DNA from: a virus | Length of the DNA: 64,000 nucleotides | Reading direction: 5' to 3' (one strand) | Virus record (IMG/VR): IMGVR_UViG_3300002026_000020 | Translations under genes and position numbers: made by a program | Part shown: positions 38,650 through 45,621 of the stretch, piece by piece | Layout of the letters: every line of letters starts with the position of its first letter | Position numbering within the stretch: the first letter of the stretch is position 1 | The notes under the pieces: model-generated | What the model saw: the letters and a program-made list of their open reading frames with translations, nothing else | Databases searched by the model: none | Told to the model about the DNA's origin: nothing

Positions 38650-38768
38650 TGGGGGTTCGTCTAATGGTAGGACGAGAGACTTTGCAAGACAAAGGAATCA
38701 TATGGTTCAACTCCATAGTCTTGCGCCAGGATCTCTCTGTGGGGGTTCGAATCCCTCACCCCCAACCA
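38650..38768 (+). tRNA. tRNA-Gln(TTG) with nested 45-nt mini-tRNA (38684-38728)
   Basis: AGAGA-CTTT[GCAAGAC...TATGG-TTCAACT-CCATA-GTCTTGC-G-CCA]GGA-TCTCT. Confidence 0.8.
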
Positions 38769-38825
38769 TTTTCGGTTACATATAAATAATAGTGTATAAT
38801 ATATGTAACAGATAAGGAATAGAAT

Positions 38826-39536
38826 ATGTCACAAAGAGCAAAACGAAGCATAATATGGAAAATAACAAAAGAAAATCTTATAAATGTTGTAAAGACATCT
38901 AAATCTTTTAGTGAAATACTAAAACACTTCGGTATGATAAACAAAGGTGGAAACTGTATAACTCTCAAAAAAAGATGCGGGGAGGAAAATATAGATATAT
39001 CACATATACCAATTGGTAATTCTTCTAATAGGGGGAGAAAGTTTATAAAAGACAAGACGCCATTAGAAAAAATATTAGTAGTCGATAGTAACTTTTCAAG
39101 AGTTCATCTAAAAAAGAGAATTATTGAAGAAAATATTATAGATTATAAATGTAAAAAATGTGGCAATACTGGAGAATGGCTTGGTGAGAAAATATCCTTA
39201 CATTTAGAACACATAAATGGAGTTTCTAATGATAATAGATTAGAAAATATATGTTTCTTATGCCCTAACTGTCACAGTCAAACTGAAACTTATGCTGGAA
39301 AAAACTTGCCGAGAGTAAAATATAATTGTTCTGAATGTGGAAAAGTAATAACGAAGTGCTGTAAGAGTGGGAAATGTCTCTCATGTTTGGGAAAGAATAA
39401 AAGGGTTTTCGATGCTACGAAAGAAACTTTAGAATCTCTAATAGAAACAAAACCTATGACTAAAATTGGCGAGATGTTTGGTGTTTCTGACAATGCTATA
39501 CGAAAAAGATGCAAAAAATTAGGAATATCTTTATAA
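38826..39536 (+). CDS. HNH homing endonuclease
   Basis: LHLEHINGVSNDNRLENICFLCPNCHSQT. Confidence 0.9.
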   Translation: MSQRAKRSIIWKITKENLINVVKTSKSFSEILKHFGMINKGGNCITLKKRCGEENIDISHIPIGNSSNRGRKFIKDKTPLEKILVVDSNFSRVHLKKRIIEENIIDYKCKKCGNTGEWLGEKISLHLEHINGVSNDNRLENICFLCPNCHSQTETYAGKNLPRVKYNCSECGKVITKCCKSGKCLSCLGKNKRVFDATKETLESLIETKPMTKIGEMFGVSDNAIRKRCKKLGISL

Positions 39537-39541
39537 AACAA

Positions 39542-39966
39542 TTTTTGTTGATTAGACCGAAACGTAGGCTTAGAAGCAGCCATGGAGAAATCCACATAGG
39601 GAAACTTATGCATCTAAGGAGTCCGCACACTATATGGGTTATGAGCGAGCAACCGACTGTGAGTGTTTCGAAATGTTCGCAAGAGCATATTCGAGTGAAC
39701 CGATAAAAAGGAAGACCAAGAAACGCATTCAGCCAGCGGATTGAACAACTCGTCACATTGTCGCAAGTAAGCGAACCCAACTATGAGGAAAAAGATGCTA
39801 ACAAAGGCTCGTGGCGTCGAAAGAACCAAAGCATGTTAGAACAAATCCTCTCTTGAAACCGGGAGCAAACTTTACAAAGCGTTATTACCGGCTCAAGTGG
39901 GTGTATGGTAAAGAGTAGTCAAACCAGCGGTTTAGCGTAACAGCACATCGGATAAGTCAACAAAAA
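39542..39966 (+). ncRNA. Large ncRNA containing a mimic of 23S rRNA helices 42-44 (L11/L10 binding site)
   Basis: GTAGGCTTAGAAGCAGCCAT...CTAAGGAG...AGCGTAACAGCACA; terminal helix tttttgttgatt/agtcaacaaaaa. Confidence 0.75.
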
Positions 39967-39975
39967 CAATTTCAT

Positions 39976-40053
39976 ACAGGTGCGGACTGTGGCGTAAGTC
40001 GAGAACCCTCCAAAAGTTCTGCTATTCAGGTTCGATTCCTGACACCTGTGCCA
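39976..40053 (+). tRNA. tRNA-Trp(CCA)
   Basis: GAAC(C)-CTCCAAA-(A)GTTC, G73, CCA. Confidence 0.75.
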
Positions 40054-40181
40054 AAGTAAACGTATAACTGGCGTTCTTGAGGGTTCGATTCCCTTCGCAG
40101 CCTTAGCGGGTTGTCCTCGGTGGAGGGCTGCATGCACCCAATGATGCAAGGTTCGATTCCGTGATACATTTACCCTTTTAT

Positions 40182-40306
40182 GAGAGAGTGGAGGAAATTA
40201 GTATACTCACCGCTATAAACGGCGGCGTCTCTTTGGGTGTACAACCACTGACGGAGTGATATGCTCCGTAGCAGACATGTAGGTTCGAACCCTACCTCTC
40301 TCACCA
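40182..40306 (+). ncRNA. Leu-like tRNA derivative with very large variable region
   Basis: GAGAGAG/CTCTCTC-A-CCA, T arm, abnormal anticodon loop. Confidence 0.55.
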
Positions 40307-40361
40307 TTTTTATTAGAGAAAAGTGCGATACTCGTATAAATACTAATAGGAGTATCGCACA

Positions 40362-40946
40362 ATGACAATATATCTTCTATACAAGATAATCAACAAAGTA
40401 AATGGAAAAATTTATATTGGCGCTCATCAAACTGAAAATGTTGACGATGGGTATATGGGATCCGTGAATCTCATACAAAAGGCAATAAAAAAATATGGAT
40501 TGGAAAACTTTGAGAAGCATATCATAATGTTATTTGATAATCAAAAAGATATGTACGATATGGAATCAATAATAGTAAATGAGGATTTCGTAAAGAGAGA
40601 TGATGTGTATAATATAAAAGAAGGTGGTATTGGAGGGTGGAAGCATATCCAAATGGATCCAGAGGCAAGTGAATCTCGTAAAAAAAGAGCAGGAGATTTA
40701 TTCAGAAGGTTACATGTAGAAGGTAAAATAAAGTATGACACTTTTACTGGTAGAAACCATTCGGAGGAATCTAAAATAAAAATAGGAATGGCAAATGCTA
40801 TAAAACAGAGTGGGGATAAAAATTCTAACTATGGTAAATGCTGGATATACAACGATACAGAGAAGAAGAGTATAAGTGTTCCAAAGAATGAAGTTGATGT
40901 GTGGATTACAAAAGGCTGGAAAGTTGGAAGAAAAATAAAGTGGTAA
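40362..40946 (+). CDS. GIY-YIG homing endonuclease
   Basis: LYKIINKVNGKIYIGAH..YMGS; paralog of 30939. Confidence 0.9.
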   Translation: MTIYLLYKIINKVNGKIYIGAHQTENVDDGYMGSVNLIQKAIKKYGLENFEKHIIMLFDNQKDMYDMESIIVNEDFVKRDDVYNIKEGGIGGWKHIQMDPEASESRKKRAGDLFRRLHVEGKIKYDTFTGRNHSEESKIKIGMANAIKQSGDKNSNYGKCWIYNDTEKKSISVPKNEVDVWITKGWKVGRKIKW

Positions 40947-40949
40947 CAT

Positions 40950-41025
40950 GGTGGTGTTCGTATAATGGTAGTATTATCGGTCTGTGAATCCGAGGGAGGC
41001 GGTTCGATTCCGCTACACCACCCCA
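40950..41025 (+). tRNA. tRNA-His(GTG)
   Basis: G-1:C73, loop CTGTGAA, CCA. Confidence 0.88.
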
Positions 41026-41030
41026 ATCAT

Positions 41031-41195
41031 GTTGTTTGTATGCTAAGTGGCAAAGCAGGAGGAATAAAACCGGGATGAAAGGTTGAAAACCGCCGAGAAT
41101 GAATAGTCAACTGGAAACGGGGTAGGAGAATGGCAGTATGCGCTCCTACTGACAAAAATCATTCAGTGAAGGTTCGAGTCCTTCCAACAACACCA
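41031..41195 (+). ncRNA. tRNA-like RNA with large central insert
   Basis: GTTGTT/AACAAC-A-CCA, D-like CTAAGTGGCAAAGC, GAAGG-TTCGAGT-CCTTC. Confidence 0.55.
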
Positions 41196-41270
41196 CTTTC
41201 GGATAGAGGCAGAAAAACTCCAGGGTATAAGAATGACACTGATCGTCAAACCCAAACCAAAGGAGGATGT

Positions 41271-41657
41271 ATGCTGATAGAAGAAATAAAGGATCGTAAT
41301 GACCTTCAAAACATTACCATCGCACAAGACGATGACAACGATTACGAAGAGAGTGGCTACATCGCCGTATGGGATGGGAAGAGAGCCGCAATCGCAAGGT
41401 ATTCTCACTGCTCTTGTTACGGAACGTGGACATCTTTGAACGGCGGGGACTATAGTAAGACTGGAAACGGTATTACTTGGGACTGGTTCGGATCAAAGCG
41501 TCAACTCCTAAGACTGGCTAGAGAGAAGCTTGATCCTCATGCTCCATTCGGAACCCGCAAGGCAGACGAAAAGGATTATGATTATGACCACTTGCTGAAT
41601 GTGTACCAGCAGATTCTTGAGTGGCATGAAAAGACAAAGAGGGGAAAGAAGTCGTAA
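41271..41657 (+). CDS. Hypothetical protein
   Basis: AGGAGG RBS; HCSCYG motif. Confidence 0.75.
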   Translation: MLIEEIKDRNDLQNITIAQDDDNDYEESGYIAVWDGKRAAIARYSHCSCYGTWTSLNGGDYSKTGNGITWDWFGSKRQLLRLAREKLDPHAPFGTRKADEKDYDYDHLLNVYQQILEWHEKTKRGKKS

Positions 41658-41705
41658 CTGGTAAGGTGCTTCTGAATCCGTTACACCGAAAACAACGGGC
41701 TTTAC

Positions 41706-41789
41706 GGGCAAGTGACGTTATAACGAATGGCACAGTTTGCCGTCTCAAACACGGTCGTTTTGTGGGTTCGAGTCCCACCTTGCCTACCA
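41706..41789 (+). tRNA. tRNA-Leu(CAA)
   Basis: GCCGT-CTCAAAC-ACGGT, enlarged D loop, CCA. Confidence 0.75.
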
Positions 41790-41792
41790 TAT

Positions 41793-41869
41793 GGTGAATA
41801 GTAGCATATACATGCGCTCCCTATTTGTGGGAGAATAAATATCGGTAATCAACCCGATCTTCACCGCCA
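41793..41869 (+). pseudogene. Degenerate tRNA-like cloverleaf
   Basis: GGTGAA/TTCACC-G-CCA with non-canonical loops. Confidence 0.4.
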
Positions 41870-41969
41870 GTGTCTATCACATCATCCTAACCGTGTGTGG
41901 GCGAAATAGACTCTAAACAATGCCGTTGCTATTCGCAGCGTAAGTCGGCATAGCGGTGGGACCATTTAC

Positions 41970-42062
41970 GGGGATGTGGCGAAACGGCTGAAACGCGGCG
42001 GATTTAAAATCCTCTACAGACTAATGATCACGGTGCAGGTTCGAATCCTGTCATCCCTACCA
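41970..42062 (+). tRNA. tRNA-Leu(TAA)
   Basis: GGA-TTTAAAA-TCC, long variable arm, CCA. Confidence 0.88.
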
Positions 42063-42083
42063 CTTTCACAGAAAGGAAACCAT

Positions 42084-42344
42084 ATGAAAAGAGATAGAGC
42101 GTTTCGTATAGACCAGAAGGAGAGAGTCATCAAGAACCGTAAGCGGTTGATGAAAGATACAGATTTACAACATCGTAATGAACATCAAGACAATAGGTAT
42201 AACAAGCGTCATCCATATGACTGCGGTAATCCACAGTGTCTTGTATGTCACAGTGAAAAGGTTTTCGATGAAAAGACTGTTGAAGATTTGAGAGTTGAAG
42301 ATTCATATAGGGATCAAGTAAGAGATGAGTTCGAGGGCGATTAG
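42084..42344 (+). CDS. Small basic zinc-binding protein
   Basis: AAGGA RBS; HPYDCGNPQCLVCH. Confidence 0.7.
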   Translation: MKRDRAFRIDQKERVIKNRKRLMKDTDLQHRNEHQDNRYNKRHPYDCGNPQCLVCHSEKVFDEKTVEDLRVEDSYRDQVRDEFEGD

Positions 42345-42353
42345 CCCTCATAT

Positions 42354-42443
42354 GGAAGGTTGGCTGAGTGGTCGATAGCAGCGAATTACTAATTCGACAT
42401 GCGGTAAAACGCATCGGGGGTTCGAATCCCTCACCTTCCGCCA
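42354..42443 (+). tRNA. tRNA-Ser(ACT)
   Basis: CGAA-TTACTAA-TTCG, Ser-type body, G73, CCA. Confidence 0.85.
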
Positions 42444-42551
42444 AAATAACATAACCCTAACATGGGGTATGTTAGAATGATGTTACATCACTCCAAAAAG
42501 ATAGTTTGCCATATTGTTAGTTTGCCGTATAAATAACAGTAGGAGATTATT

Positions 42552-43166
42552 ATGGCATTAGGATATACAGACGAAACTTTCGTTATTATTGTTAAAGAAT
42601 CCTTTTCTATTAGGGAATGTTTGAAAAAGTTAGGATTGAAACATACGGGTGGTAACTATAAAACATTTTACAATAAAGTAAACAATCTAAAGTTAGATAC
42701 ATCGCATTTTACGGGGCAGGCGTATATGACTGGAAAGCCTAACATAAGGTCTAAAAAGAGATTGTTGGTTGATATATTGAAAGATGGTGTGGAATATAAG
42801 AGTCACGAATTGAAACTTAGATTGATAAAGGAAGGAATGAGGGATCATAAGTGTGAAGTATGTGGGAATACTGAATGGATGGGTAAAAGCATACCATTAG
42901 AATTGGATCATATAAATGGTGTTCATACTGACAACCGTATAGAAAATCTTCGCATACTATGTCCGAATTGTCACGCTCAAACGGAAACATACTGTTCAAA
43001 AAATATAAAGAAAGAAAAAATGACGAGTGAGCAGAAAAAAATAAATGATAGTAAAAGAAGAATGAAATTTGTTTGTGTGGATTGTGGTGGACCGTGTACT
43101 AAGACTAAACATGGTATATGTAAAAAGTGTACTCTAAAAAAATACAAAAAGGTTACGGGGGTGTGA
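42552..43166 (+). CDS. HNH homing endonuclease
   Basis: LELDHINGVHTDNRIENLRILCPNCHAQT. Confidence 0.9.
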   Translation: MALGYTDETFVIIVKESFSIRECLKKLGLKHTGGNYKTFYNKVNNLKLDTSHFTGQAYMTGKPNIRSKKRLLVDILKDGVEYKSHELKLRLIKEGMRDHKCEVCGNTEWMGKSIPLELDHINGVHTDNRIENLRILCPNCHAQTETYCSKNIKKEKMTSEQKKINDSKRRMKFVCVDCGGPCTKTKHGICKKCTLKKYKKVTGV

Positions 43167-43242
43167 TGTAATGGCAGCCATGCAACGCTTAGAACGTTGT
43201 GAGAGAAATCTCGTGCAGGTTCAAGTCCTGTCGCCCCTACCA
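43157..43242 (+). tRNA. tRNA-Leu(TAG)
   Basis: CAACG-CTTAGAA-CGTTG; overlaps the HNH stop codon. Confidence 0.92.
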
Positions 43243-43457
43243 GTTTCTTGTTGAGTTACCATCTGCGCCAAAATCGCGGGTGTAAGTTATCCTGGCTAAA
43301 CTATGACGCCATTGTGCGATCAAAACGCGGGTTCGATTCCCGAAAAAATAGCCAACAAGAAAAACCGCAGAGTTGTTGCGGGATATAAGTGAATCAATCG
43401 CAGTTGGGAGTAATTACCCCATCGTAATAGTTGCCGTGCGTGAATCGGCAACATCAT

Positions 43458-43545
43458 GTGTGAGTGGCGTAACTGGCAGCCGCGCTAGATTGAGGTTCTA
43501 GTGGAATAACATTCCGTGGGGGTTCAACTCCCCCCTCGCACACCA
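43458..43545 (+). tRNA. tRNA-Leu(GAG)
   Basis: CTAGA-TTGAGGT-TCTAG, CCA. Confidence 0.92.
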
Positions 43546-43548
43546 TTT

Positions 43549-43867
43549 TTGTATATCAGACAATCGCAAGAGGACTCCAAACTCTTGAGGAAAGTCGGGG
43601 CACCATAAAAAAGTATACCAGCTAACGGCTGGCACATCTTTCGGTAGGTGTGAGGAAAGGGCAGTAAGAAATATACCGCCGATGACTCCGCAAGGAGAAC
43701 AGGTAAGGGTTGAAAACACGACGTAAGAAACCGTGCTTTGTATAGTAATATACATCGAATGTAACCCCTATACGGTGCAAGGCAGTAATTGCCGCTTGAG
43801 GGTGTCAGTGATGACACTCCTAGACAAATGATTGTCCAACGACAGAACCCCGCTTACCGATATACAA
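43549..43867 (+). ncRNA. rnpB: RNase P RNA
   Basis: CR-I GAGGAAAGTC, AGACAAATGATTGTC, CR-V ACAGAACCCCGCTTA; P1 gtatatc/gatatac. Confidence 0.92.
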
Positions 43868-43931
43868 TACCGATTTTTATGATATAATGTAATCAAACCA
43901 TTATAAATACATTATGGAGGGTTTGATTACA

Positions 43932-44660
43932 ATGAGAAATAAAAGTATAATATGGACAATATCTAAAGACAAGTTGCAGGAAATGTGCAATACATGCTCT
44001 TCATATAAAGACATCCTACTGTTACTAGGATATAGTAGTTGTACTGGCGTCGGGGAGATGCTAAAAAAGCGTATAGAAAAAGATTGTATTGACACTAAAA
44101 CATTAGAACTTAATAGGATAAATAATAGACATTGTATTCTAAGAAAAGTTAGATATCAGTATGACAACAAAGATGTTTTTATCTCCGATAGTAAATGTTG
44201 CAGAGGTTCTGTTAAAAGACATATTATAAAAAATAATCTAATGGATTACAAATGTGAAAAATGTGGTATTGGTGATATGTGGGAAGGTGAAAAAATATCA
44301 CTTCAACTTGATCATAAAAATGGGGTGAACAATGATAATAGATTAGAGAATCTAAGATTCCTATGTCCAAACTGTCACAGTCAAACACATACTTTTAGTG
44401 GAAGAAATACTAGAAAAGAAAAAGCAATAAAGGTAAAAGAGTCTGCGGACGAAAAAGAAAATAGATATAAAACCCTTATGAGATTTCAAGTATCATTCGA
44501 AGAACTAAAAAATGATGTAGAAAATATGCCTCTTACCGATATTGCAAAAAAATATAAAGTAAGCGACACCGCTATTAGAAAAAGATGTAAAGCATATGGT
44601 ATAGAATTGAAGGGTCGTGGATATTGGTCTAAAAATATAAAACACTCACCGATGGTGTAA
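43932..44660 (+). CDS. HNH homing endonuclease
   Basis: LQLDHKNGVNNDNRLENLRFLCPNCHSQT. Confidence 0.9.
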   Translation: MRNKSIIWTISKDKLQEMCNTCSSYKDILLLLGYSSCTGVGEMLKKRIEKDCIDTKTLELNRINNRHCILRKVRYQYDNKDVFISDSKCCRGSVKRHIIKNNLMDYKCEKCGIGDMWEGEKISLQLDHKNGVNNDNRLENLRFLCPNCHSQTHTFSGRNTRKEKAIKVKESADEKENRYKTLMRFQVSFEELKNDVENMPLTDIAKKYKVSDTAIRKRCKAYGIELKGRGYWSKNIKHSPMV

Positions 44661-44720
44661 TGGTAACATTTTTGTTTCTGACACAAAAGACTAGAGGTTC
44701 GAGTCCTCTTCGGTGAACCA
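44646..44720 (+). tRNA. tRNA-Gln(CTG)
   Basis: TTTGT-TTCTGAC-ACAAA, U1-A72, CCA. Confidence 0.88.
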
Positions 44721-44794
44721 GATGTTGCGGTAGCACCCAACTGATTTGAGAGTATTACGGGTAAACTCAAAAAGAAAAACAAATACCCGACCAC

Positions 44795-44870
44795 GGTGGC
44801 TATCGTCCAATGGTTAGGACATCGGATTGTGGCTCTGAGAATGGCGGTTCGAATCCGCTTAGTCACCCCA
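44795..44870 (+). tRNA. tRNA-His(GTG)
   Basis: G-1:C73, TCGGA-TTGTGGC-TCTGA. Confidence 0.92.
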
Positions 44871-44871
44871 C

Positions 44872-45186
44872 TTATTTACGCCTAGTATAAACCTCTGTAG
44901 TCTTTTCATGACTCGGTTTATCAACTTTAACAGTAGGCTCAAGCGCATCTGCTAAGTTCCTGTGATAATCCTTGATGGTCATCATTTCAGGAACTCCAAG
45001 CCTACGAAGGGCTGTTACAACGCATTTAGGGCATAAATCTTCGTAGAGGCTATCGTCTAGCGAAAGCTCAAGATGACCGCATGCTGGGCAAATAAACCCC
45101 TTTCCGTTGCGACTAAACGCCGGGAGAGTGTGTGAGGGGGTGGCGTTATACTCGCCGCTTCCATATTGTGGTGATTTGCTTGACAT
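44872..45186 (-). CDS. Zinc-ribbon hypothetical protein
   Basis: CPACG and CPKC motifs. Confidence 0.6.
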   Translation of the reverse strand: MSSKSPQYGSGEYNATPSHTLPAFSRNGKGFICPACGHLELSLDDSLYEDLCPKCVVTALRRLGVPEMMTIKDYHRNLADALEPTVKVDKPSHEKTTEVYTRRK

Positions 45187-45504
45187 GGCAGATTTATTTA
45201 TAACCTTCTAAACATAGGTCATGCGGTGTCTTTTGGCGACATGCGGCATCCTGTGGTGTGTGGTATATGAGAGTTTACGAGTAGCGGCAAAATATCCTCC
45301 AGGGTAAACTAAGCAAAAATTGGTGTATATGTTTTTACAGTATGGTATGTGATATACAGACGTATGTCATAAACCGCCTTATTGAACGGGCAACCGGACT
45401 ATAACCGAGGAAAACAAAAAGCACCGCTGACCAAAAAGCAGTATAACACACATATGAGTCTTGAAAAAACATAATCTACAGTATAATAAACCTACTACCC
45501 GAGT

Positions 45505-45577
45505 GGTTCCATAGCTCAGTTGGCAGAGCAAGGCACTCTAAACGCCCAGGTCGGGGGTCCGACTCCCCCTGGAACCT
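45505..45577 (+). tRNA. Amber suppressor-type tRNA (CTA)
   Basis: GGTTCCA/TGGAACC, loop CTCTAAA, U73; own promoter at 45461-45487. Confidence 0.7.
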
Positions 45578-45621
45578 CAATAAGTCTCCTGACATGTATA
45601 AATAATGTCAGGAGATTTTTT

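Noticed and set aside
39557-39950. A true 23S rRNA gene or host contamination
   Set aside because: Only the H42-44-like segments match, split by a ~300-nt insert and embedded among phage tRNAs.
25570-45580. Many 60-170 aa ORFs from the track within the arrays (e.g. 26531-27022, 36081-36362, 37749-38159)
   Set aside because: They overlap tRNA or ncRNA genes, lack RBSs and have no protein-like motifs.
25570-45580. HDV-like (theta) or hammerhead ribozymes next to tRNAs
   Set aside because: I could not find convincing core motifs by eye. A covariance search is needed to exclude them.
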